Shown in pieces: positions 27,331 through 40,355 of a stretch of 64,000 nt of DNA. The notes below the pieces were generated by a model. It ran no database searches, had not been told where the DNA came from, and was given only the letters and a program-made list of their open reading frames with translations. The translations under genes and the position numbers were made by a program. Positions within the stretch are counted from its first letter, which is position 1, and each line of letters begins with the position of its first letter. The DNA comes from Octopus sinensis (taxonomy: Eukaryota), in the NCBI RefSeq assembly GCF_006345805.1, contig NC_043004.1, forward strand, positions 28,272,001-28,336,000, written 5' to 3'.

Positions 27331-27376
27331 GACACCTAATGAATGCTGGAGAGTATATCAGCCGAAACGTTGTGTT
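27331..27376 (+). ncRNA. minimal type I hammerhead ribozyme motif (core CUAAUGA)
   Basis: gacac-ctaatga-a-tgctg gagagtatat cagcc-gaaa-cg-tt-gtgtt. Confidence 0.6.
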
Positions 27377-28781
27377 AACAACAAACAAGATGGGGACAAA
27401 TATCCGTCAATAGTAAATAATGTAAATATTGTACATATTTGTTCATCTCTTAAATATAGAACTGGAGTTTCCAGATGTGTATGTTTGTATGTATGTATGT
27501 ATGTATGTATGTATGTATGTGTGTATATATGTATGTTTGTGCGTATGTATGTATTAAATTCCGTGCATCCATACGTCCTCTGCTTTGTTCTTCCCGACTG
27601 TTGAAGTGTCAGAGAGCTCAGAGAACACAACCACAGCTATGTCTGAAATTAAGAATTTCACATGTTGGAATTTCACATGTTGGAATTTGTGTTGCATTGT
27701 AATTTCACTTTTTATTGCTTATTCAGTTTCTTTGCGATAGAAAAAGAATATTGAAAGAAATTGTTTTTTTTTCTTTCTCATTTATTAAATATAAATAAAA
27801 TAGCGAGTTTTGTTTTAATATTAAATTTAATTTTGTTTCTTCTACAATATTTACGCCCTTAGCGTTTTTAGACGTGATTGCGTATCATCGGAACAAACCA
27901 ATTAGGGGCACCTTAATTACATTACGTTTGGCAAAAACTGAAAAAGGAGAAAACCGAAAATTGATAGACATGGAAATATCTGACGTAAAGATATTTTCAT
28001 AACAATTAAGTGGGCCTTAGCTTATGTAATTTCAATACACACACACACACACAAAACCTCATTTATTTTATGACTTAGTGTACTTTAGAACACTATGCAT
28101 GAAGAGAATAAAGGATCCAGTACTGTCTGTATCAGTGTCAAATTACTATTCATTACTAATAGCGACTCTTTACTTGGTAGTTATGACAATACTGGTTTCC
28201 CACAGAGATTCTTGAATGGAGCCAATGTCTGCATGTCGAATAATTGCGTAGTCTCTTACAAGATTACTGAATGACTAAAGCCATACTGTCCAGTTTTCTA
28301 TTAAATAATTTCGCTGTCGATACATAGCAGATATCTTGGCGTTAAGTGTACAGTGCGTAGCCTTGGCGTTACTGTACATCGGATATTTTACAGTTTTCTC
28401 TTTGCTATCTAAGATTGTCATAAGACTGCCAACTTTCTTAATTCGACAATTTTTTACGAGAATTGAAATTGAGAAACATTTACCTTGCAATTATTTATCT
28501 TGCAATTACTCTCTTGATCTCTGATTACATTTAGGCAGCACTTCGATCAATAAGTATTAACTTTTTCGAGAAAAAAATGTCTGATGTAACGCGAGTTTAT
28601 TGCTTATACTGTCACCGTTTGAATAAGCTGTTAAAGATGAGGCTTGGACTCCCAGTCTAATCAAAAGTATCAATAAATTTCATTCTAATTATTGTATAAA
28701 TGTGCTACTTTTCAGCAAGTTAATAAGCAATACAGAATAATACACACACACGGACGCACACACACAGATATATATACATAC

Positions 28782-28844
<63 letters not shown>

Positions 28845-29464
28845 TATCTACATGTATACATACATATGTATATGTGTATACATATACATATATACATATA
28901 TATATACACACATGTATATGCACCTGGGCGTATGCACACATTCATGGATGATCACATATACGTATATGGTTATTTATAATTTATGCGCTTCCATGTTTCT
29001 GGTGCGTCTTGTACATGATCAGTATTGGTTATAATGTAGATTAAATGAAATCGAATTATACAGTGTTCAGTCATCTTTAATCAGAACAATCTATCCGCAA
29101 ATAAATTTCAGCAGACACGACATTCTTGTGCGAAATATAAGTTAATAAATTCTGTTTTATATCCAGAAACATTGCAATAACAATAAAATCGTGTTTGTAT
29201 ATCAATAAAAACGTATCCACAGAACACAGCACTCTTTCTAACAAATTGATTTTAAAATGACAAAGCCATTATAATAATGTGTAATTGGTAAATTAGTTGT
29301 AGTTATATGCAGAATGACAGTTGCCTCGTAGATATACAATACAGTATACATACTCTAGTTTACTGTCTTCTATGCAATAAACTGGAAATTTATAAATTTT
29401 GAGTATCTCAGTAGAAGTGTGTAAACCGTTGTAATGTATCAACCTTTACGCGGTGCTGTTTGCG

Positions 29465-30462
29465 ACCCCCACTAATATTTTCGTTAAGAGTAAGTAATTT
29501 CAGGTTGTTGATTGTTTCATCTACCTCGGAAGCCCTGTACAAAATTATGGAAATCTGGACACAGAAATACATCTGCAAATTCAAAGGGCACCACAAGCAT
29601 TTGGTGGTTTGGAGTCACGCGTTTGGCTCCAACGGCATATAAATAACAACACAAAAGCGTTTGTCTTAACGTTCCAGTTGTATTTTTCTGAAACATGGAC
29701 GTGTTATGAAAGACATTTCTAGACATTGAATGCTTTCTTTTTTTTTCACTCCAGACACAGATGTCTTTGAGTCTGCAGGCATCACTTCAATTAATTCAAT
29801 GATTCTGAAAAACCAAATGAGATGGTTTCGCCATATTGTTCGAATTGTAGATGAACGCACACCGATACAGCTATTTTATGGCAAGTTTGCAATCAGTGTA
29901 AACATAAAAAGAGGCTTAAGGACGGTATTAGGAGTACTATGAAGTCACTTGGAATGGATCCAAAGGCCCTTGCTTCGGATCGAGTTGGATGGTGAAGAAA
30001 AGTGTGGAGTGGAATGAAAGGTTTTGAGGAGACCAGGATGACGCAGGCAAGATCCAGGAGAGATTTCAAAAAGAATGTTGCGATCGAGAAGTTGAATTTC
30101 AGTGACCTTTTTTGTGTCCAAGGTTTGTAACAGACCGTGTCTTACTTTTGAAGGGCTCAAATCTCATTTGCGGACCCATTAACAATGAACCTTCCCCCAA
30201 CTACTCTGCCTAAATATCTGCGCACGCATTTCAATGCCGTGTATGCCATACGGTCTGCAAATCTAACGGAGGCCTCAAAAGACATTGTAAGATCCACAAA
30301 GATTAGAACTTAACTGCAGCTCTTGGTGGTCCATATGCAATCTTTGTGGAAGTCTTTTCAATACATTGTCTGGTTTAAAAAGTCACATCAGACGCCATGA
30401 TGAATCTAAGGTGTAAATACAAGAGGTGCTCAGTCTCTGCCTAAGGAGTAGACAACCACCAT
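29465..30462 (+). mobile_element. RTE-clade LINE 3' portion, decayed, with three C2H2 zinc fingers
   Basis: VVDCFIYLGS...LDTEIHLQIQRAPQAFGGLESRVW; AGITSINSMILKNQMRWFRHIVRIVDERTPIQLFYG; fingers at 30117-30179, 30235-30297 and 30336-30398. Confidence 0.85.
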
Positions 30463-31368
30463 CTATATGTACATATGTATATATATATATATATATATAT
30501 ACATGTACAAAGTAAAAGTAAACTGATCATACCTATTATACCTATTATACTCTGATCTTGCCCCCATTTATGGCAAACTGGAATATACTAATATCCACAA
30601 CTGGGAATATTCCCTCTTTTTTACATCTCTCTGATGACGATTTACTCAATTAATGGAATCCTTACTCCTTATAATGATCCACATGCTTGGCTGCTTTAGA
30701 AACAACTGTAAAAGACTATGTTTATATTCTCTATCTAAATTAAATGTGCTTTAAATGCCGAAAGTTCAACTGGTAATGTCACTTTTGTTGTAAACCAACA
30801 GTACATCAACGCAATAATATTACTAATTTTCTCTCTTCCACAATCTCAGACAAAGGGAAAACACCATGAAAATAATCACTTTCCACGACACAGCTATTCA
30901 AACGGTTTTCTCAGAACCTTCGGTGGGATAATAGTCGCTTACACAGACCGTCACCAGTTTTATTTCATCCGACATTTGTGCTTGCTTTCTACAATAGTAA
31001 ACTGGAAATTTTTAAATATGCTATCCTAAGAAAAACTTCCTTTAGCGTCAAGTAATAGAAATTAAAAGCTAGGAAAACTGCAGTCCAGTATAAAACGAAG
31101 AAATCCGAATAACGTTTTGTTAGCATCAACTTCTGCAAAAAATAGAATTTTAACCACGATATCTGTGCTTACTCCAATATTATGCCCCCACCTTAAAGTG
31201 GACGTACGGAAACGATCTCTTCTTCTTTCTCTTGTCCCCTTTCCCTCCTGCCTATTGCTCACATGTGACTATAGGCCAGATAGACGGTCGTCATTTCTCT
31301 CGCCTCTCGATATCTTTTATCTCTCCTATTTTTTCTCTTCTATTTATTTATGATTATTATATATATAA

Positions 31369-31538
31369 GCTCAGGAGTGGGTGTGTGGTAAGTAGCTTGC
31401 TTACCAGCCACATGGTTCCGGATTCAGTACCACTGCGTGGCACCTTGGGCAAGTGTCTTCTACTATAGGTGCTCGGGCCGACCAAAGCCTTGTGAATTTA
31501 TTTCATAGACGGAGACGGAGAGAAACCTGTCGTATATA

Positions 31539-31581
<43 letters not shown>

Positions 31582-31810
31582 GAGAGAGAGTTTGTGTGTC
31601 TGTGATTGTCTCCCACCATCGTTTGACATCTGATGGTGGCGTGTCTACGTCCCCGTAACATAGCGGTTCGTCAAAGGAGATCGATAGAATAAGTACTAGG
31701 CTTACAAAGAATAACTCCTGGGTGGGTGGGTGGGGGAAATTTGTTCGACTAAAGGCGTTGCTCTAGTATGAGCGCAGTCAAATGACTGAATCAAATAAAA
31801 GAATAAAAGA
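31369..31810 (+). mobile_element. SINE family A (tRNA-derived, CORE-like)
   Basis: caggagtgggtgtgtggtaagtagc...ggattcagtaccactgcgtggcaccttgggcaagtg...aatgactgaa; internal microsatellite. Confidence 0.9.
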
Positions 31811-31851
31811 AAATATACTTGTAACCTCTTTATAAAAGTAATAGGCATGCA

Positions 31852-32252
31852 GGAGTGGATGTGTGGTAAGTAGCTTGCTAACCAACCGCATGGTTCCGGG
31901 TTCAGTCCCACTGCGTGGCATCTTGGGCGAGTGTCTTCTACTATAGCCCCGGGCCGACCAATGCCTTGTGAGTGGATTTGGTAGACAGAAACTGAAAGAA
32001 GCCTGTCGTATATATGTATATATATATGTATGTGTGTGTGTTTGTATGTCTGTGTTTGTTCCCCTAGCATTGCTTGACAACCGATGCTGGTGTGTTTACG
32101 TCCCCGTCACTTAGCGGTTCGACAAAAAGAGACCGATAGAATAAGTACTGGGCTTACAAAAAGAATAAGTTCCGGGGTCGAGTTGCTCGACTAAAGGCGG
32201 TGCTCCAGCATGGCCGCAGTCAAATGACTGAAACAAGTAAAAAAAAAAGAGT
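31852..32252 (+). mobile_element. SINE family A, young copy flanked by a 72 bp direct duplication
   Basis: full family A sequence; 31780-31851 equals 32253-32324 with one mismatch. Confidence 0.9.
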
Positions 32253-33098
32253 AAATGACTGAATCAAATAAAAGAATAAAAGAAAATATACTTGTAACCT
32301 CTTTATAAAAGTAATAGACATGCAAGTATGTACCGGAAACGTGTAATGTGAAACTCTTAGTGAGGGCTAGTGAAGATTTTAGCCTGTTTTAAATAGGATA
32401 TTACTCTCCGAACTGTACCGAATACTCCCTGTTTACTGAATTCTTTTTCACTAGAACATGCATGAACTCACGCAATCATGCAATCATGCAATCACGCACA
32501 CACGCATACATACACAAGAACAGAAACATATCACCATCGAAAGGTTATCTATCAAACGTTTATTATCATAAATCAGCGGCCTTCAAATACACATGAAGTA
32601 TCGTTAATACGACGACCTGTTGGTTATTGTTTTCTTAAACATTCCATCCCAATGTGATTATTATAAGCATCTTCTCCACTGTATGTGCTTATTCGTGTGT
32701 CACTACGTCTCTCAATCGCTCCTGCTCTCTTCATGCATTAAAGATCGATTGGCCAACATATCCACCAATCACATGCCAGTGGTTTGTTTGTTTGTTTATT
32801 TATTTATTTATTTCACTTGAGTTCATTTTATTTTCTTTGTTCTTCCCACTGCCAGTTTCTGCTCCTAATGCTACTCACTGATTGATACATAATTACTTTC
32901 TAATATTCTTTTCATTTATGTATCTATTTATATGTATTCATGTTGTTGTTTTTGTTTTTTTCGTTGTTTGTTCAAATTGTGGTGGTGGTGGTGGATTGTA
33001 CCCGTCCCACCTCTATACCCTCGTGGCTCAGCAGCAGATTCATTTTCCTTCTAAATTTTCCAGATTATCATCATTATCAACATCATCATCTTCACCAC

Positions 33099-33143
<45 letters not shown>

Positions 33144-33904
33144 TATCGTGATCCTCGTCGTCGTTGTTATCGTTAAAATACGGTAGGTTGCAGAAATACA
33201 AGTGTGTCAAACTATGTCACAAAGCATTGTTTTATTGTTTTGGTGTTGAGTTCAGTTCCCACCCCACCAGTGTTGACCTTAACTCCGAGAATCGTTAAAT
33301 TAAATTGATTCTAAATTAGTCGAGTGACCACAGATTTTTCTGATAATTCTAAATTTTCCTGTATATTTGTAGATTTATAGTTTACTGCCCCGTTAAGGTA
33401 AGACCAACAGAAAAGCATTCCATCCAGGGAGAGATAAATAATCATTTTAATGTACGCTGTATTAAAATAAGAGCTACTAACAGTTTTTTGCCATTTGGGC
33501 ACGTGGTTAGGCAAATTTTTGTAACGTGCCTTATTCCTCCAAGCGATCTTCTATTTGAAAATTAGGACGCTGGTACATGAAAACCACGAGAATAACGAGA
33601 AGATTGGGGTATAAGGAGGAATGAGAAGACAAAAGAAGAACAAAAACGGGAAAAGAAAGGAAACAAAAGAAAATTAAAGTTACGTTTATTTTGATTATAG
33701 AAGTGATGATTAAATTAGTTGAAGAATAATTCAACGGAGAGGAGTTCAAAGTCTGCGAGACAACCGCTCAGTCAGGAAAGGGTGATATCCTCCAGTTTGC
33801 GAACAAAGATTTGTACATATGCGTGTATTTGCTGGAAATTTTCGAATCTGTAATTAAGTAAGGTGATGCTGACCTTTTGAAATACATGTACTACTCATTT
33901 GTTC

Positions 33905-34028
33905 CTGCTGAGTGGACTGGAGCAATGTGAAATAAAGAGTCTTGTTCAAGTACACAACGCGGCACTGAATATCCTACTCATGACCTTACGATCGTTAGCC
34001 GAATACTTTAACCATTTCAACATGTCCC
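33905..34028 (-). mobile_element. tRNA-derived SINE head (family D), decayed
   Basis: reverse complement gcgttgtgtacttgaacaagactctttatttcacattgctccagtccactcagc; related pieces at ~35570-35675 (+) and ~57270-57345 (-). Confidence 0.55.
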
Positions 34029-34199
34029 TTCACTATACATATATAGTTATACACTATAGTTATATTTACATATATATATATATGTATGTATGCATGTATG
34101 TATGTATGTATGTATGTATGTATGTATGTATGTATGTATGTATGTATGTATGTATGTATGTATATATGTATGTATATATGCATGTATGTATATGTATAT

Positions 34200-34355
34200 T
34201 ACTCTTTACTCTTTTACTCTTTTACTTGTTTCAGTCATTTGACTGCGGCCATGCTGGAGCACCGCCTTTAGTCGAGCAAATCGACCCCGGGACTTATTCT
34301 TTGTAAGCCCAGTACTTATTCATCGGTCTCTTTTGCCGAACCGCTAAGTAACGGA
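34200..34355 (-). mobile_element. SINE family A 3' fragment
   Basis: near-identical to the reverse complement of the 3' half of 31852-32252. Confidence 0.9.
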
Positions 34356-34359
34356 TATA

Positions 34360-34425
<66 letters not shown>

Positions 34426-36289
34426 AGAGAGTGCCTCGGGGGGTAACTTTCTAAGTGCAATCCTAGGGTCGTTCATGACAGAAGGGTGGCGCGCTGAGGC
34501 TCCCTGACAACTACATTAATGTTACACGTGTCTAGCGTCCACAGTTCTTTTCTGTTGATCAGGTCAAGTAGAACTCTCGTCGTCGTAACCGAAAGAGTAA
34601 CGTGCGCACGCACACACACACACACATACACACACACTCACACACATCAATACAAATACGGAAACATAAAGTGTGTCAATATTTAGATTAATTAACTGGA
34701 TTAAAAAAAAGTTTCTTATTAGCTACACTGATTCTAAAATTTCTATAAATATATTTCGGGAGCTGTGACCAGTACGGTTATTCTTGGGGCTATAATTCTG
34801 GGAAAATGAGTACAGACAAAGAATAAATTGTTGGTCGAATATTCGGTTGAAAGTAAAACTCTTTCATGGTGTTTACTTTACTAATTACTAATCTCTAATG
34901 GCCTCTAGAAAACAACATCCGTTAAACGATAAAATTATGTAACGGGGATTCAAATATGAATACGCTTGCAAATGAGACACCAATCCGAATTTAATTCAAG
35001 ATAATCTTGAAATTATACCAGGTGTTACATTCAAAACTTCTATTGATAAGTACATCACGTTTACATTATAGAACTATTTAGAAGAATGTTAAAACTTTTT
35101 CCTTTTTTTTTTATATCCCTCGAGGCTTTGGCAATATTATAAACAATTACTCTCTGTTTAAGCAGATGTTTGAACTTCCTTAGCCATGCGATGGCTAATA
35201 GTATATATTCGGGAAATTATTCAGCGTATCATGGCACTGAAATTTTGTTGAGATATTTAAAAACAATTCACGCACACGGACATATCTGTCTCTGTATACA
35301 GACATATATATATAGGTGCGTGTGTGCATATGTGCATGTATGAGTGTGTGTGTGTTGTGTGTGTGTGTGTGTGTATAGAAAGTGAAACTGGAGTTTACAA
35401 TTTCATTGCAAAACATTACAAAGATGTGAATATATTTTTAATTGTTCAATGAAACATAAAGACAACTAATCTTATGTTTCACAGTTCCTTGGTCGCTCTC
35501 CCTCTCTCTCTCTCTCACGCGCGCGCGTGCACACACACATACAAATGTCGTACCCTGGATGTTAGTAAGAGCTGGATCGTAAGGTTGTGGGTTCGATTTC
35601 TGGACCTGGTACAAACATCGTGTCTTTGAGCAATTAATTCATTTCACGCTGCTTCAGGGTCATTTAACTGAAAATTAATTACAACCGATTACTCATACTT
35701 CCCTTTCATTTCTCTATGATCCACGGGGACAAGAGTGGGAAAACAGAAGGGGTGTTCATATATAGTCACCACTACATAGGGATAACCTAAAACAATTACA
35801 GAAAGCATGGTACATATTACCAACTCAAATTTTCAGGTATCGGCTATGGTTTATACTTACGAAAGTGGGAGACATTATTATTTTTCATATTCTTTGATAT
35901 TAGCAAAGTGAGAGGATGTAATAGAAGGGTGCTTTTAAATTTCTCCCCTCCGTCATAATTGTTAACGTTACAAATGACGAATTTACATTCATTTTTCTTT
36001 TCCAGAAATTTATAAGATCCTTCGTTGACATACCGAAAGTTACAAATTGTCGTTTTCCATGTAAATAGCATTAATAATATTGTAGTTACCCACAGTAAGA
36101 AAATGAAAACATTACGATTCATTAAAATACTTTTCTTCTTAAATGAAAAGAAATTAATGAAAAAGAAAGAAAAATCATTACGAAGACGGAAAAATTTTTT
36201 AATTCAATTAAAATGTTATGCAACCTCAAACAGTTTTTCGGTTAAATAAGAAGTAAACAAGTCAAAATCAACGAAATTGTACTATGCAT

Positions 36290-36720
36290 TCAGGGAACTT
36301 TTCTAACAACACCCTTTTCTTACTTGCAGTGCCATATGAACTCGCAGAGATAAGAGTCTACTGTAGCATAATCAGTGTCACAGCACAGTTATATTTCCTC
36401 ACTTGGGACAGAGCCAAGTGCTTTCCATTTGTTGAGTGTGGTTCTATCTTGTGCGTTGACAAACTCAACACCGCAGTCCACCTTTCTGTGCAGTGATTGA
36501 TAGCCTGGTATCTCTGGACTGAGCGAATATTCTTGCCACAGGTCACTGTATATCAATATTCCCGGTAGACTCAATGGTCGAATGCCTTCTTCCATTATCA
36601 CGCGATTCCGAGAAAGCACAGTGTAAAGAAATAACTCTGGTATCACGCGACACTCATCGTTGTCGAAATCCCACTGATCAGACAACATACTACTTTGGTT
36701 ATATTTTGTCATACTTTGCG
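36290..36720 (-). mobile_element. Merlin-superfamily (IS1016/IS1595-like DDE) transposase relic
   Basis: KYNQSSMLSDQWDFD...LFLYTV...LPGILIYSDLWQEY...GYQSLHRKVD.GVEFV, then in another frame HTQQMESTW and VDSYLCEFIW; matches Merlin motifs QWVFG, SD.W..Y, HTQ.IES.W, YL.EF.WR. Confidence 0.8.
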
Positions 36721-37696
36721 CAGATCTGCTGGGCCATTTCCTACGTCTTTATACTCTTCAACAAAGTCATGAAATTCACCGTTGATGAATCCGTTTGATG
36801 GAAAAAGAAAATCAATCATGTATTTAAGACAAGAATAAATGCTGTTTACTGCTTTCAGGCTAGAAATACGTGGATAAGAACAATAATGGTGATCCTGATG
36901 CCCTGGAAGAAAACAATTATTATTTTTGGTATACCGGCAATGGAGGCTTCAGATTGAATACTTTTATTATTGTTTTCTAGAGAAAATGAATCAGAATACA
37001 AAACCACATTAGTGTAGAAAATTTGAATAAATTATGACGAAGGGAAGAAAAGATCCTAATAAAATCGTCCCGAAGCTCTACAAAGACACCTATTGACAAT
37101 TATATAAAGCATCTGTTATCTGCCATTGACTATTATCTAAAGCATTGAAAGTATTGATTCTTAAAATTTTGATTGTAATCCTTCATTTAGCGGCTAAATT
37201 GGAAGGCAAAAACACGTTTTCTTCTACCCTGTACAGAATATGAGAAAAAATTTGAAATATACCCTAAAAACCAAATAAATGGAAAAATTCCATACTTTCT
37301 AATAATTATTTGACCGACTTTACGATGAATATTATTAAATTGTATCTCCTTGTACGCTAAAAGCTATTTATCAGATCTTCACTATAGCCTGATTTATTGA
37401 GCAGAGGTAAGCTGTTGTTTATATGTGCTGTTTAGCTACTAATTGCCCCTCCCAAAACCTGCCAGTAGAAAATACAACAAATACTACACTTACACATTTA
37501 ATTAGTCTCTCCCCCCTCTCTCTCTCTCACTATCTTTCTTTCTTTTTTTTTCTCTTTTGTATGTGTGTGAGAGACAGACAAGGAGCGAGGGAGAAGAGAG
37601 AGACCGAGTGAGCAAGTGAGCGAGAGAGGCAGAGAGAGAGAGAGAGTGTGTGCGTGTGCGTGTGTGTGTGTATGTTTGTGTGTGTGTGTGTGTGTT

Positions 37697-37755
<59 letters not shown>

Positions 37756-38559
37756 TAGCTTTTTCTTTTTATTCCACACCACATTAAGCTGAATACATGG
37801 AATAAATAGCAGGTAAGACATGTATGAAACGAAGTCGGTTAATCCTCATTATATCATTCCTAAATTTATTGCTCAACTTTTGTTTTATCTTCATGACCAA
37901 CAGATTGCTAATCAGACTCGTTAAGTATGAAGGAGTAAAGCTTCATTTGTGTGTGTGTGTGTGTGTGCGTGCGTATAGGAGAAATTGTGTGCGCGTGTGT
38001 GTGCTATGCAACATAATGCTATTTAAAGATAACACACACACGCATACACACACACACACGTATACCCACACACACACACACACAGGTTGAATAAATTGAG
38101 TCAAACATCTGATCTGTGTGCTGTCTTTGATTAAAGCTAACCGTATCGTAAAAGGACTTATTTACTTGATTAGACTCAGGATAAATAACATCTATTTATT
38201 TAAACACACACACACACACACACACAAGCATATGCATATATGTACGCGTGCGTGTATATGTACACACATATACACATGTAGATATATCAATCTCTAGATT
38301 TCGACTTCGCAAGCTTTTTTTTTTTCTGTTTTGTATCTATCCAGTCGGGTAACTGCGCGAATTTAATTGCATTTAGTTATATTGTTAACCCACACATTCA
38401 TACGCACACACATAGATATTCGTTTGCATGTGTGTGTGTGTGCGCACGTATGTACTAAGATCAACTGGAACCCTAATTGTCATAACAGAGTAGAAGGGAC
38501 AAAATAGATACATAGATAAATAGACAGACAGACAGAAAGACAGGCAGACAGAGAGACAT

Positions 38560-38590
38560 ACTGATAGATAGAGAGATAGATAGATAGATG

Positions 38591-38668
<78 letters not shown>

Positions 38669-38670
38669 GA
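38560..38670. repeat. (AGAT)n microsatellite
   Basis: direct sequence. Confidence 0.95.
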
Positions 38671-40177
38671 GAGAGATACACACACACATTTTTATATACA
38701 TCCATACACCAATATTTATACACTCAGCCGTAATACACGTATATATCTTGCATCGTGGGACATAGCTTATATCACATGCTAGCTGCAAATTCTAATGACT
38801 TCGGCACGTTCTGACATTATCGCCCACTCTGCTGGTACCATTGCAGAGCATCTAGGATTTTTAGGAGACAGTGACACGTTTTTGTCTTCCATGCAACATA
38901 ACAGCAACCGTTTCCTTAAACTTTGCCTTTTGCTCTTAGCTTTCATCTTTCTCTTTCATACTTCTGCCCTATTCACCACTGAATCATTTTCTGCTTCCCT
39001 CTCTATCTCACGAATACCTGATCTGTCTTCCCTCCTGCGTCCCGTAGAACATTGTGGATTTTTGACTAAACTCCATCTTATTGTCTCACGCGGTTTCTTA
39101 ATCATTATGCTTCTATTCCACATCACCCTCTCAAGGCACTGAGAGCTTAACAACGAAAATATTCTACTTTATTTTCCTTTCTCCGCTTATTGTATATAAG
39201 ACCATCCCATAAGGTTAGGGGTTGCATTTTTATTTCAGTATGACTTGAGAAAACGAGCGATTTTGTTAAATTCACCTGCATTTTCCAGTGATAAATAGTG
39301 AAATGTCTCCTCGGCTTTCTCTCCGCCCTGATGAGAAAAAGTCGAAAATAAATAAAAAATGATAAAACAGAGTGCCATTTCGTGTTGATTCTTCTCACAT
39401 AAATGTTGCTGCATTGTTGTTTCAGTGTGCTACTCAAAGGTATCACCTGTCATATTCTATTATAGATGACTTGCGTACTGCCAGAATATGCTCGAACGGT
39501 AGATAAGCACAGCACTGATGACGATCAAAAATTTCACTCCAATCACACCGTGTAATATTGGTCGGGTATTGCAGCGGTTCATACACTGCTCTCAACAAAT
39601 CGCCATTGATTGGCTCTATTTCCACAACATGCTTCAGGAAATCTTCCTTTGCTGAGCTGTCTCGCATGTTACTAAAGCACATCGAATTCTAAAGCCCGAT
39701 TTAGTTAACACACTGCTCTTTTTCAAGATGGAGAATTCCTTTGATAACATCTCACTTGCCTTTATAATTCTGGCAAGATATCTCCCCTTGTAACTGCTGG
39801 TCTTGTGCTTAAATTAGAAACCCTTATATCCGAGGATGAACCTCAGTAGTATTTTAAGGTGTATATGTGTGTTTGTTGTTGAATCACAGCCTAAATTATT
39901 AAAGTGGGGTATATACAAGGCAGGGAAATAAATATAAATTAATTCAACCCTACCTTAGCTATTTGTTGAAAGCATCGTGATGTGACTAACTGTTGACTCT
40001 TAACCTAAATAACCTCTAATAACAGATTCTGCTATAGTAAAACAACTGGTGTATATAGGAAAACAGGGCTTGGGTTATAGACACAACACACATCTCATCA
40101 CAGAAACTTATGATTTGTTGCTGTCATTTAGCCCAAGGTGAGGTGTGTGGTGACTGAGCAGATCTATGATGAAAGAC

Positions 40178-40182
<5 letters not shown>

Positions 40183-40229
<47 letters not shown>

Positions 40230-40355
40230 GTGTGTATGTATGTATGTATGTATGTATGTATGTATATATGTATGTATGTATGAATGTATGTATGTATGTA
40301 TGTGTGTATGTATGTATGTATGTATGTATGTATGTATGTATGTATGTATGTATGT
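40183..40355. repeat. (TATG)n microsatellite
   Basis: direct sequence. Confidence 0.95.

Larger units (their letters stand above)
26700..27464. mobile_element. head-to-head inverted dimer of the tRNA-like/(AAT)n/hammerhead element
   Basis: 26700-27093 is the imperfect reverse complement of 27096-27433; centre tatgccc-tc-gggcata. Confidence 0.9.
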
